A DNA stretch of 63,890 nucleotides, filler included, from Bigelowiella natans CCMP2755 (taxonomy: Eukaryota; Protista; Cercozoa), in the NCBI GenBank assembly GCA_000320545.1. It is 5 parts of 5 records of this genome, joined end to end, with 100 filler letters (N's around TTAATTAATTAA, not from the genome) between each part and the next. Parts side by side here need not be neighbours in the genome. Positions count along the whole stretch, not along the records: positions 1 to 23,871 come from ADNK01000609.1; 4 more parts are not named here. One strand, written 5' to 3'. The notes under the pieces are model-generated. The model saw only the letters and a program-made list of their open reading frames with translations, did no database searches and was not told the DNA's origin. A program made the position numbers and the translations under genes. The first letter of the stretch is position 1. The number at the start of each line of letters is the position of its first letter. This document shows positions 1-13,240 of the stretch, one piece after another.

Positions 1-2792
1 CCAAGGTGCGGTGGAGTCGCTCTACCTTGGAGTTGGACTGGGCATAGTATACAGGTGAGGCATCAATATTAGGGTGTGGTAGCTGTAGAAGAGAGGTCTC
101 ATTATCCACATGTAACTTCTTTGGTATCTTGTTTATGCTAACTTCATCAGGGATAGCCTGGAGCTCAGACTCCCAGGTACGGTAGCAGTTAGTAAGCCTC
201 TGCTTATATAAGCCTTTGTTCTTCTTAGCAACGTTGACCTTGATAATCTTTTTAACCCAGCACTTTCCAGTGGCCACATCAACGAAGGTAAGGTAGTGAT
301 AGCCATCGTACTTATAAACATCAATTTGCACGATATCTAAGAAGTTCCTTGCTTTGATTTTCTTAGATGCACGGCTCTTGCTGGACTCCTTGGTGGCGAC
401 GCCTGCCGCCTTCAAGCTGGAGCACCTGCAGCCACGCAGGTATGTCCTTATCTCTTTTAGCTTGTAGGGCCAGTAGTAATGGTAGAGTAGAGCAGTGATA
501 TGGTTTTCTCCTACGTGTGCAGGTCCATGGGCGGTAAAGAGAAGGGCTCCCCTGGTCCGCCGTGGCACGTAGGTACGCCTAACATTATTAGTGTATACAT
601 ATATCCTATCACTAAGTACCTCATGCTTGTGTTTGTATTTATCCAGGTGTTCTTGAAGGTGCTGGAGCTCCTCTGGCTCAGGCAGGAAGTCGCCGTCCTC
701 GAAGGTAATCGCGTTAACCATAGGGGTGACCTGGGTAGGGACTTTCTTTTCGAACAGCCTGCTGAAATAGTCAGCAAGCTGCTTGTCTCCTGGTGCGTAG
801 ACCACTGTCCTCTTGTCCCTAAACTCTTCCGTGTCCGCCCTCATAGCTGCATACTCATCGTTAGGCGCTTCGAGCTTGCGGTCGATGCCTAGGAGGGGCT
901 TGTGGTCAGTCATTAAGGTGAAGCTGGGCACCGACAGCAGGTAGTATCTTAGTTTCCTCTGCGCCTCAGTCATGGCTTTATACTCTCCTTTTGTAGGGCT
1001 GTACTTGGCCTCAGCTGCTGTGCAGGCCCTGCCCCACACCCGTATGATCTGCTGGTCTTGGGTAAGTACAGCAGCCATACCTAGCTTAGACCAGTCTGTC
1101 CATAGGGTAGCTGGTCTAGTAGTGTCTAGCTTAGCATTCAATAGGGTGTTGCTGCATAACTTTATTAGGTTATCGAAGTGGGCATCAAGGCCAGCCTTGG
1201 CCCACACCTTAGCGAAGCTGAGGCCTCCAGAGTTCTCCTTCCGGTAAGCAGTAGTAAAAGCAGCTGCAGTCCTAGCGTAGGTAGGGGAGAACCTACGTAG
1301 TATCCAAGCTGCAGTCTGCAAGAATGACTTTAACTCCTTTGCATTCTTAGGTTTAGGGGCTTGCTGTAGTGCTGCTACTTTCTCGGGGTTTGGGGTGATG
1401 CGGCCTTGCTCCAGGTAATATCCACACCACTTGATTCTTGTAGCTAGGAATGTACACTTCTGCAGTCTAATAGTAAAACCGAAGTGTGCAAACCTAATAA
1501 ATATATTTTCCAGGAGGAAGATCTGAGCGACGACTGTGTTGGTACATATTATGTCATCATCCACATACACAAACACAAACACCCACAACACAGACGCCAT
1601 CCCATCATGTGTGTATGCCCTGTAGTTCTGACTACTGAACGCATCCCCTGATATGCTTAGGCCGTAAGGGAATACGACGAAGTGCCACTTCCTGTGCCTG
1701 CTGGAGAACGCGGTAATGGGGCGGGAGGTTTTGTGGATGGGTGTCTGCATGTATGATTCATTTTTATCTAGGGAAGAGTAGTATTTGTATCCTATGACGT
1801 GTTCAATAACGTCATCTATCCTTGGTGTAGGTGTCTGGATCCTCTTTATTACTCGGTTGTGGCGGATGAAGTTGTGCGCCAGGCGGAAGAAAGGGTAAGT
1901 AGGTTTCTTAGCTAGCACATGTCTCACGTTCCATGGTGAGTTGCTTGGCTCTATCTTCCCTTCCTTTGCCCATTCATTGATCTGCCACTCTATCTTTTCC
2001 CAGTCCGCTTCCGGTCGCCTATGTTCTGGGTCATTGATGATGCACTCTTCGTATCCCTTCTTTAGCTCGATCTTTACTGGGGTAAGCTTGCTGGAGGGCT
2101 TCGTCGTCGGCTTGGTGATGTCAGAGTACTTCTCGTTTAATATTTTATTAATGTACTTTTTGCCTTTGTCGATATCCCAATCATCAGCTGGGGGGGTCTT
2201 GTCCAGTAGCTCCGTTATCTGTCGGATGGTCTTGCCGGGGTTCTTCTTCCGTAGCTCGGTAGGTGTAGGTAGCTTGTTGTCCGCTAGGTCCATAAACTCT
2301 AACGCATTAACGCTTGACTCAGAGGTCCACTCGTCAAGCCGTATCATGTTCTGGCTGATGGTCCTGCCTGACTTCTTTGGCAACTTAGCAAAGTATATCT
2401 TGTGATTGTAGAATGATATGATCCCCCCTAATTTTTCTAGGGCATCCTGTCCGAGGAGTAGTTCCATGGATAAAGTCATGGCTACTCGGGTCTTGATTTG
2501 GGTCTCCGCGTCGCTGCCAGGTATCTGTAGCTTTAGCATTAGCTCACCGACGGTCTTCATGGAAGAGCTTCCGTCTGCTTGAGCATATTTACGTTCTTTC
2601 TTAGTCACTTGATCCAATAGTCCTAACCTTCTTACTGTGCTTAGGCTTATGAAGGACTTCGGCATGCTGCCACTATCCCAAAGGGCAGGTAGTTTCTTGT
2701 AGTCTCCGTAGCTGTCTTTAACTTTAACCTTGGTCATAGCAACTTTGATAGTCCTGTTAGCGTCTTCGTCATTAATGTTGCATACTCCTAAG
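1..2792 (-). mobile_element. Ty3/Gypsy retrotransposon copy 1: inverted pol segment (PR-RT-RNaseH-integrase core), runs off the window start
   Basis: Reverse complement of 24522-27312. Shadow ORFs match those of copy 2 apart from one visible substitution (RPPEF vs RPTEF) and a 1-bp indel. The frame is open through the integrase core (QAIPDEVSINKIPKKLHVDNETS...SNSKVERLHRTL). Confidence 0.95.
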
Positions 2793-3840
2793 GGGGAGGT
2801 ATCAAGGATAAGGAGAGGGAAGAAGGCGACGACAACGACGACGATACCGAGAGCGAAGACGAGAAGGTCCCGTACGATGGCCGAGTTCTAAAGGAAGGAC
2901 AGTATGTTAGGGCCAAGGTAAATCTGAGATCGAGAAATAAACAAGACCCCTTCTGGGGTGGCGTTGCAAAGGTTACCGAGAGGAAGGGGAGGAAGCAGTA
3001 CTACATCTATGATGGGAACAGGGTCACCTTGCGCCACATCAGTCACCTAAAGAATTATGATATCGGTGAGAAGCTCCTAGAGGATGTTAAAGTAAACCCT
3101 ACTGTGTGGGAGCGAGCAATGCCTTGTTTAGGACCCCGACCTAAGTTCGATGTGGAATATGGAAACAATAAGGTCAGGGTGAACGACGATTGGCGCATGA
3201 AGATTGTCTATCTAGGCTACCCTGGATTACGAAATATGGAGAGGGTAGCTATGAAAATAAAGGACGGAAAATATCAGCTACTCTACCTAGCTGTTCCCGA
3301 CTTACCCTTTGAGCACTGGTATAAGGTCCTGGGGGACCTTGATGCAGAGGGCTGGTATGGACACGAACCTAAGGACGAAGGTGAGTTCTGGGTAAGCGAC
3401 AAAGGAGATAAGGTTAGAGAGGAATCTATTACCTGGTGGTTGGTGAAGTTCCGAAAGCGATGAAGGTCTAAGGGAATAAGGAAGGAAGGAAGGAGCAACG
3501 TGACTTGGGGGAGGTGTAGCGCGTACCACTACGCGGGCACAAGTCACGTGCGACAACAAAGGGGTTGTCGCGGATATAGAATATAGATAACGTAGATATT
3601 AATACAGCATAGGCACGTGGGTTCCGGCGGGACTCATGGCAGCACACCGGAAGTGTGCTGCCCCACGTGCGGCGGCATTCGCGAAAGCTTCGCGAATGAT
3701 TACGCAGTGCACGATTTAATAAAAATATAATCTTTAATAAAAATAAACACAACTCTTCAAAAGGAAGCAAACGTGCCTTTCCCCCCCCCTGCCTACTTGT
3801 GCACGTAGCGCCTCGGCCTGTGAACACCTTACGCGCAACA
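2792..3840 (+). mobile_element. Ty3/Gypsy copy 1: 3' part in sense orientation (integrase C-terminus, MTase-like domain, PPT, 3' LTR)
   Basis: Direct copy of 27384-28432 (offset 24592); ORF 3029-3463 equals the C-terminus of ORF 27204-28055. Confidence 0.95.
3515..3840 (+). repeat. 3' LTR of copy 1 (326 bp)
   Basis: Begins TG directly after the purine tract GGGGGAGG and ends CA; imperfect terminal inverted repeat TGTAGCGCGTA...TACGCGCAACA; contains AATAAA; identity with copy 2 stops exactly at the final CA. Confidence 0.9.
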
Positions 3841-4547
3841 GAGGTCGTTTAGTCGATCATCTCATCCATGTACTCAGACGTCCAGATGTGATCAGCATTC
3901 TGCATCAATGAATGAACAATGTCTAGACGTATGATTCCAATGTAATGTAGAAGTGTGATTTGGCCGTGAGAACGCACGAACGCGCACCGGAATGAGTGAA
4001 TGCAGCGACTCAATCAGTTGCCAGCTGAGAGGATCTCCAGAAGTGCTAACTCATCCACTTCCTCCCAAACAACAAGACCACCAAGGAAAATCCAAGAAAG
4101 AAAGAAAGAAGGAAAGCTAGAAGAGTTTCCACATGAATGAAAGGATGAATGAAGCATTTCCACAGGATTGGAGCGGACAATGTGCTTGCATTTCGAAATG
4201 GAGCATCGTGGGCCTGGAGAGGATTACCAGGATTACCTCGAAACAAGTTCCTTTTTTTAGTCGCGACAACAAAAATACGGTAAATGAGGAAGTGCGAACT
4301 CTCCTCTGCCGAGACAAGATTTGAACACACTCCGAAGGAGTTTTCGGCAAGGGAGAAATGGAGTTAATCCTTTAAGCGACACAAAAAAAACATATGTCGC
4401 ATGTAATAAATAGATATACTTTTGATGAAATCACACATAAAACCTCCCGAAAATGACTCTGAATAATATCGAAACAGATTTGTAAGATCCGGTCGATATA
4501 CCATCATATCACCCCCCGCAGACCATCGGAAAACATAACGAATTGGC

Positions 4548-6143
4548 ATGCGCGTGTTCGAATTGAAAGAAGTCGCAGTGCACAACCGAGCTGAGGACTG
4601 TTGGATCGTTGTGGATGGGATCGTGTTCGATGTGACCTCCTTTCTCAGTGCTCACCCGGGAGGAAAGAAGATCCTTCTCAAGGAAGCAGGAAAAGATGCA
4701 ACTAAAAAGTCTGTTCCCTCCTTTGAGATACAATCTTGAGTGCTTTTTTAGTGAATTGCACATATCCTTCCTCTCCTTTTATCTCCAAACAAAAAATCTT
4801 TGCCATGCAATTCGTTTAACTGTCTCGTTGTTGTTGTCGATTGCTCGGATAGATTCAAGATGTTCCACGGTCCAAAGGTGCTGACGAAATACAAGAAGAA
4901 GCTGCAGGTTGGAGTTGTAAAGGGGTCCATCGCACACAAGAATATCAACCAGGAGGCCAAGGAAGGTAGCGACGACGTGAAGGCTCTTAACCGCGTAGAG
5001 AAGGTTTCGAGGCAGTTGAATCTACCTGAGGCAAATATCATCTACAAGCCATTTGGAGATCAGGTCATCAAAACAGTGGAAGAAGTAGTACTTTTCTCAG
5101 GGATTATTTTTAAATGAACGTTGGAAAGATGTACGCCTCCTCAAACGCTGCTTCTGATTGGATTTTCCCCCCACCCTCCTCCCTCCCACATGCCGTGTTT
5201 GTAACTCAGGTTCCCTGGGGAGATCCGTCGTGGTATCAAGGAAACAACAGCCCATACTACACCGACTCCCACATTAAATGGAGAAAGAGAGTGCGGAAGT
5301 TCATGGAGGAAGTGATCGAACCCAACGTGCACGAATGGGATGGTAATGTGCACGCCCCAAGAGACCAAAGTAGCTCACCGGACTAACTCGCTACTCCTTC
5401 TCCCCCCCCCCCCCCCCCTTACTATTACTACTACTACTACCACTTTGACGTCATCAGAGTCGTACCAGTTCCCGAAATACGTCTTCAAGAAGTTCTACGA
5501 GGCTGGACTGATGCCAGGGATTGTCGGCCCGCCGTGGGACGAGTCGCTCTGCGGTGTTGCCCCGCCGGAGGGGGGCTTCGACTCCTTCCACGAGTTGATC
5601 CTGGTCGATGAGCTTGCACGGTGCGGATCTGGGGGTATTATGTGGGCCCTTTTCGCAGGAATCTCCATCGGTCTCCCCCCAATCCTCCACTTCGGGAGTG
5701 AGGAGCTCAAGCGCAAAGTCGCCCCCCCCTGCTTGAGGGGCGATAAGTTCATATGCCTCGCCATCACCGAGCCTTGGGCTGGCAGCGATGTGGCCAACAT
5801 CCGCACCACGGCGAAGCGCGAAGGCGACTTCTACATCGTCAACGGAGCCAAGAAGTGGATTACAAATGGCATCTGGTCAGTCAAGATGTACGCAGTAGCC
5901 TTAATTTTAATGCCGTTTGAGGTGGAGGAGGAGGAGAAGGAAAGGGGTAGGGAGGGGTAAGTGTACGAGGTGGAGGAATAAAAGGTCTGGTCAATATAAA
6001 ACAAATATCAACAGGTCCGACTACTTCACCGTTGCGGTGCGTACTGGAGGGAAGGGAGCGAAGGGCATCTCGATGCTGCTGGTGGAAAAAGCCATGCCTG
6101 GCGTCAAGTGCCGTCACATGAAGTGCATGGGTGCTCCTTGATA

Positions 6144-6205
<62 letters not shown>

Positions 6206-6745
6206 ATTGTGTGTCTTGAGATATTATATAATACACGCATATAATATTAAAACGAGAAAAGCGAAAGCAGGATGCAGACGTTTTGCTCCAATGCTTTCTG
6301 GGTGCGTGTCCTGCCCTCGTTTCCTCTGATGATGGGTATGTTGGCAAATGCCAATCAGGCGTGTGGCCCTCTGGAACGACCTACATCACATTTGAGGATG
6401 TGAAGGTTCCGGCCAGCAACATCATTGGCAAGGAGGTGTAGAGCAGTAGTAGTAAGCAGCAGCAAGTCGTGGTGGTAGTGGTGGTGGTAGTTATATTGGT
6501 GATCGGTGTTTTTATAATCAGCAATCTCACCATATCTAAGTGCTAATGAATGTATTCGTATGTTACGCTTCTATGCGCCCCTCTGTCCGTCCCATCTCCC
6601 CCCCCCCCCCCCCTTCCCACCCCTACCTCTCAAAACCAACTCCTGTTCTTCTCACACCTCTACGACAACTATAGGGAGAAGGGTTCCGACAGATTATGTA
6701 CAATTTCAATCATGAGGTGAGGATGGTGATGACGATGATGATGAC

Positions 6746-6779
<34 letters not shown>

Positions 6780-6835
6780 CACCAACATCATCTTTGTAGG
6801 GCACCATATTCTTTCTGGCATTCTCTCTTTCCCGC

Positions 6836-6875
<40 letters not shown>

Positions 6876-6935
6876 CTCTCCACACAACACACACACACAC
6901 ACACACACGTGTTGCAAACGCTAAGATATAATATT

Positions 6936-6972
<37 letters not shown>

Positions 6973-7475
6973 GCATATAAATAATATTATATCGCAACAC
7001 GTTTCCGCAGCGCTGGAGCTTAGTCTGCCAGAGCAACAGGCTGGCGAGGGTGTGCTTCGAGGAGGCATTTAAGTACGCGATGAAGCGAAAGACGTTCGGC
7101 AAGCGGCTCATCGACCACCAGATGATTCGCTTCAAGCTGGCGGAGATGGTGCGCCAAATCGACGCCACGCACTCCTGGACGGAGAACGTCACCTACCAGC
7201 TGCAGACGATGAAGAAAAAAGAACAGAACTTGAAGCTCGGCGGCACAATCGCTCTCCTCAAGGCACAGAGCAGCAAAGTTTTCGAGTACTGCGCCCGGGA
7301 GGCAGCGCAGATATTCGGGGGCGCAAGCTATGTGCGGGGTGGGGTGGGGGAGAAGATCGAGCGAATGTACCGCGAGGTGAGAGCATACGCAATCCCCGGA
7401 GGGTCCGAAGAGATTCTTGAAGACTTTGCAGTGCGCCAGGCTGCCCGCGCCGCCAAGAAGCAAGCGAAGCTTTGA
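4548..7475 (+). CDS. Cytochrome b5-fused acyl-CoA dehydrogenase, probably peroxisomal (8 exons)
   Basis: GT-AG exons 4548-4708, 4853-5063, 5210-5342, 5458-5875, 6015-6130, 6359-6435, 6675-6716, 7011-7475 join in frame. b5 motifs HPGG and GKDATKKFKMFH; ACAD motifs CLAITEPWAGSD, NGAKKWITNG, NFNHER, RKTFGKRL, QIFGG, IPGGSEEI; C-terminal AKL (PTS1). Confidence 0.93.
6149..6205. repeat. Compound intronic microsatellite (TA)n(TG)n, representative of dozens in the window
   Basis: Directly visible; (GA)n, (GAT)n, (TAG)n and poly-C/G tracts fill introns at 5-12 kb, 21-24 kb and 41-63 kb. Confidence 0.95.
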
Positions 7476-8228
7476 AAAGCGATCGAATCATTTCGTCAAC
7501 TTAGCAGAAGACCTGCTGTGTTTTGTATGAGCGTCTACTGAATGCTTGGTTGCATACCCTCACCTAGTCACATACAGTGCGTGCATGGCGCTGACATGAC
7601 GAACATCAGCGTTGCCTAGATTTTGCTCATTTTGATTGATGGCTGATCTAGCTGATATAGTCGTTCTGTTCGGCCTGCAGCATATAGCTAGATAGCATGC
7701 ATGACGATACGTACGATGCATGTCTGCGCTAGCCTGCGTAACGTATTAGTGCATAATGTAGCCAACATACGCTGTGATGACGCTATATGCATGATCGACG
7801 CTTTGAATATAATGAGCATGCTAGCATGATACGACTGATAAAATGCACGCAGTGCGAGCTAGAGAATTCCACAATGGCGAAAATAAAATGAATGAAAACA
7901 TGTATATAATCATTGCATCATTCTAGCATTGTGCCCAGCGCAACGACTATAGCTAGATGACCACATCAAATATATGCATTGCACAGCTACATCAGGATGA
8001 CCATTGAAAAAATTTAATTCTTCATTACATCCGTCTCATATGTGTTGTCATCAACTACTGCATGCAGTAAATAAACTAGCAAATAAACTTGGCGATTCCA
8101 TTCTAGTATTGCATCGCATGATCTCGACAGCATCGTAAACTATCTTGTCCACCGCTTTGGTGTTCGATTTATTTGACAACTAGAAGCCTTCTTCTTCTTT
8201 TTCTTTTTCTTCTTCATCTTCATCTTCT

Positions 8229-9335
8229 CTACTCGTATCCCCTCAACGTTTCAAGCCGATTCCTCACCGTTTGTGTTTCGCGCACTAACTTCTCTGTCTT
8301 GGACCACGTATCAACCTCTTCCCAGTCTGATATCTGCAAAAAGAATGCACAGTGAGGTAATGGTGGTGTGTAGGCACAAGCATGCTGCGAAATCTTGAAG
8401 GACGTATGTGTGTGTGTGTGTGTGTTCCTGGGGTAGGGGAGTACATCTTAGTAAAAGAACACGCACTAGCACAATCAACACATGCATACGAGAAAGCACA
8501 GAGCAACAGCAACGAGTTCTACCAAATCGCCGACAAGGTCGTTAATGGTTGAGTGTCCATCGGGCTTCTTCTCATCGGAGAACATATTTGAGAAATATCT
8601 AATTGTCATTAATAGAAGTATAAGATGTTGTCGACGAAACGTTATCGTTGATGGAGAACCCTCTCCTCCCCCCCCCCCCCCCCCCCTCGTCCCCGTCCTT
8701 CCCTCTGTTCTCTAGCCACACATTGACTCAGATGACACACGTAAGTGCCTACCACGAGCATATCTCACACGGCTCCTTGCTGCGAGTGCTGCGACCACTA
8801 CCACAACTACTGTTCACTACAAATACTGCTGCACGCGCTCACTCACTTGTTGAATGGAATGTTGTTCTGTACAAAGGCGCCCCCGCTACCCCAGAGCTGG
8901 CCTTTCATGCAATTGAAGCAGCTACACCGGTCGGTCCTCTCGTCCACCTCCCAGCAGTATCCTGACCGAATCCTTTCCTCGTAGAGGCAAAAGGATTCCC
9001 AGCAGGAGAGAGACGATGATAAATACGACAAGCTGACCGCTGAAGACGTCTTCTTTGTCACATTCTCTTCCTTCGGTCTCGGGCACGGGCATTCGTCGCG
9101 CTGGAAGAAGCAGCAAAGGACTTTCCAACGGCTCTTTGCGGCATTGTAGTAGATCCACGGCTCGGTTAAGCACGAGTGGGTGAAGCACAGTGTCGTCGAG
9201 CAACAGTACTTATCTCCGCGAAAGTCCTGTACGATGAGGAGAAGGAAAGGGAAGAGGGAGGCGGCGAGTATAGATAAGCATCACCGTGCTGCTGCTGCTG
9301 CCGCGTAGGCATGCACACGAGGGGACACCACGTTG

Positions 9336-9367
<32 letters not shown>

Positions 9368-10221
9368 CAAGATTTTCAGCGACTGACGTAGATGAAAAAC
9401 GCATGGTGGGAAACAAACTATCTCTTATGCATTCGATGCATTTCCGGAATCCTTCCTCCTCCTCCTCCTCCTCCTCCTCACAAAACAATCAGTGTTGCTG
9501 TGAAAATGCTACGTTATCTGCTGCTAAGGGAGGGCGTGACATCAGCAACGGACGTCTTCTTACCCTGCGGTTGTAGCACCGTACAAAAAATCCGCAAAGA
9601 TAGAGGAAGAAAGCGGCCCCAGCCTGTCGTAGTATTAGTTTTTGTTGTTGGCAAGTTTGTCAGGTGCAAAAACTCTTTGGGTGAATCAATTCGAGTTTGT
9701 TCAATTTGAGCTAGTGAGCAACGGTCAGCCCATACACAAACGCGCGCTCTCCATCGTTCCCCTTTCTCCCACGCCACAATCGGTTTCACACAATGCAGCG
9801 GGGTAGATCTATACATCGTTCTCTCAACGCTGATGTTCATGATGTGTGTGCTCGTAACAAGAGGGCTTTTCGCAGGCCAGCTCCCAAGATACGTGATGAG
9901 CGAGTAGTACCAGCCGGGAGAGCAGACTCGCGACATTGTTGTCCCTCACCTCGACCAGAATCTCCAGGCTCTTGACTGTGTGCTCAAAAGCAGCAATCTG
10001 GCCACGTCTCAAGGTCGTCAACTGGGGCGAGGTGCCGATCTGCTCCACAAGGAAACAACGCATATAGGAGATATTAGGAGGAGGAGGAGGAGGAGGAGGG
10101 GGAGGAGGGAAACACAAGCTCACTCCCACCGTTCGGACTGGCAGCAACGGCCATTTTTATCGCTCTCATCATACTGCACGAGGGCTTGCTATGCTACGAT
10201 CACTACAACTACCAATACTTA

Positions 10222-10253
<32 letters not shown>

Positions 10254-10718
10254 ACTACTACTCTTTGTGCGTGTCGCTGACGCGACGCATCGGACCTGAA
10301 CGACCCATCTCCCTAAGGTCTTTCCGAACGGCTGGTCAGGGTTGAACGTGATTTGAGAGTAGTCGATGTGCTGATAGTGCACCGAGACCTGCAGCTTCTT
10401 GCCCAGAGAAGAAGTGCGGAAGCGCCGCAGGCTTAAAGGGTTCTCTCTGTGGTATCTGGCCAGGTTATCGCTCGGGTCAAACTTTGCTCCTACCCAATAC
10501 ACAGTGCCTGGACGGATGGGATGTATGAATAATAATCATATTACAATAAGCGGCAATCGTGATATTAGTAGCCTTTGGTAGCCATACGAAATTAGTGGGA
10601 TGGCAGAGGAGGTGAAGGATAGAATGCGGATAGAATGCGGCACTGGCTGTGGTAGGTTGCAGGGAACTAGCTGTGCTCGTGAATCATAATGATGTTGATG
10701 ACGATGATCTACGCTCCC

Positions 10719-10765
<47 letters not shown>

Positions 10766-11274
10766 CATCTCCCTCGCCCCCATCTTCTTCTTCTCCCTAT
10801 TCTTCATGATCTTCCAGCGCTTTCTCTTCTCCATCCAAACGGATTCTCCTTGGCGCGTGCGCTCCAACGTGATAAATAACCTCTACCTACCTAGATACCC
10901 ACTCACCTCCAAGGCCAAGAAGCTCTTCTATCGCTGCTGATGAACGATTCGATGACTCCAGGGCTGCGATCACGTATTGCTCCCTCGTTCCGAGCTCTTT
11001 GTAAGTCCCCAGTCTGGGCGTCCGCAGCGGGCACTTGAACCCTATATTTGACAACGTCGCTAGTTCGGTTGCAGAAAGCTGATAAGCGCTCGCGTGGTTG
11101 ATGCAGTCCTGGTGGTGATGGTAGAAAAGCACGTTGGAGAATTGGGTTGGCGCTCGACCGACAGACAGATAGGCACCCGAGATATAAATGAAGGACACAT
11201 GCAATCGAGCTGCGACCTTTCAGGTCGAATTTTCACGGAGAAGATCGCAAATGTGTGTGAGGAAGAGAGAGAAA

Positions 11275-11326
<52 letters not shown>

Positions 11327-12403
11327 AAGAGAGAGAGAAAAGAAGAGAGAGAGAAATGAGCAAGTGATCATCATCATCAACATCACCATTTTTGCTCCGG
11401 CGCTGCTATTATTACTCCTGCTTACCACTTTTGTCGATTTGCTACCTGTCAGTAAGGGCAGCTTCTCGTTGAAGAATGTATGGGTTGCGCGAGGGTGGTC
11501 ACGAACAATATTTCCTCTGCAAAAAGAAGAGGAGCACGCAGAGCAGGAAGGGAACAGCATGAGGAAAGAAAGCAATGCCGGGGAGAGACAGCAGATAGCG
11601 AAAACCCGCCAAAGTAACCACAAAAATAATAGTGCGCTGAACACACGGACATGTTATCCGAAACAGAAGCCGCAAATAACCATAGCCCAAGCACATACAT
11701 GCCGCCTCCGCACCACCACCACCGCCGCCGCTTACTTGAAAAGATGAAAGTAGAAGTTGATAAAAAGCACCCAGATGCTAAAGATAAGGTAAAGTAGGCT
11801 AAGGCCCGTCGTATGCAGTTCGTAGTAGTCTCGGAAGATCATGAACGGATAGTAGGACCCAAGGCTCGTGTTTACGATCAACCTCCAGCACTACGACGAG
11901 TATGAGATCAAGTTGATCGATGAGGAGGAGGAGGAGGAGGAGGAGGAGGAGCGTGGGTTATGTGCAGCAGAAGGAACATTCGACCGCATCACAACTCTTT
12001 GCTACCACTCATTGCAACAACGAACAACGACGACGACTATTAATACTACTACTACTAATACTACTACTAACTTCTTATTTGTACAAGATCATTCATCACG
12101 TGAACAACAACAACAGCAGCGTGGAACGGACAAGGGTGTTCGTAAGGAGCTTGATGCAGGAGGTGGCGCAGGACTTCTCATCATGGCTGTTGTAATAATT
12201 TGAAAACATTTTTGAAAAAGGAAGGCACGAGGGTGAAGGGGAAGGGAGGGGAGCACGATAAAGGAAATAACTGGCGATGAATTTCAACCTCGACAATTTA
12301 ATATGTAAGATGTAAAGGAATAAAAAAAACATGAGTCCTCTTACCGCCCGAAGTCTTCCTCCCCGTCTAAGCTCGGATCACCGCCTGTCGCCCTTGCTTC
12401 CAT
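8229..12403 (-). CDS. Multi-exon gene for an unknown protein with at least one TM segment
   Basis: Putative start MEARATGGDPSL (12403); GT-AG bounded exons such as ...TTGLSLLYLIFSIWVLFINFYFHLF and DCINHASAYQL...; terminal exon ISDWEEVDTW...LRGYE* (stop 8229-8231); introns rich in microsatellites. Not all exons are resolved. Confidence 0.5.
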
Positions 12404-13240
12404 TCCGAGGGAAGAGCGTGAGGAACGACTGAGGAGAGTCGAGTGAGCCAAACAGCGAGGAGGGAAGGTTTAAAACTAAGAAAAGAAGAACTGACTCTTA
12501 CTTGGGAAAAGAGCAACTTGACGAGAACTACTTCAACGGCGAGGTTTTTTTTGTTGTCATGGGATTTGGCTGCTTGGGTCCTCTGGTTTTAACAGCTCCT
12601 GCATCATTTGTACACCATCGTCCCTGGCATGTTCCGAGCGATTTGCGGCTGATCGCGTTTTATTTTGAAAATTTCAAAAGAACTCGAGGAGTGCATCGCG
12701 TTTTTTTTCCTGCGACAATCCCAAGAAATCTTTGTCGCAGATATGAAAGAAAAGGTCCTTCTCCTTCTACGTCATCGAACCACCCGTCCTATTTGTCCCC
12801 CATCTTTAGATCGATAAAATATCCTAATGTTTTTTCCTACTCGCACAACATTTTTGCGTGGCGCAGTATAGTTTCATCTGTCTTTTTTCCTTCTCGCTTC
12901 CGAGGGTACCAAATGCCAAATGGGCATCAAATAAAGCCAAAAGGCGGTACCACGGATCACTGGAGGACGTTCTGTTCTGTAGCCGCGTCAAGCAGCTGTA
13001 GCAAGATGGTGTGGAAAAAGCCATGGGTTGCATTTGCAAGCTTTGACCTGCTCTTGTAACTGCGCGCGTGGTACCACCGATTTGTAAACCAGGGCGGAAG
13101 GGGATTCGAATCGTGGATGCGACGCTTCCAAGTTTGCCTACTTCAGCTAAAAAACGTCGAGGTACCATTCTGCTAATACGCTCTTTCCTCTTTCAACCGA
13201 GCTTGGATCTACCCACATCTCAACCTTCCTCCCCGTGCAA

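Noticed and set aside
500-2405. Plus-strand ORFs 500-892, 972-1247, 1941-2405 and their twins at 24909-26814
   Set aside because: Antisense shadows of pol.
6669-7068. Poly-H/M/S and (ER)n/(YI)n ORFs here and throughout
   Set aside because: Translations of intronic microsatellites.
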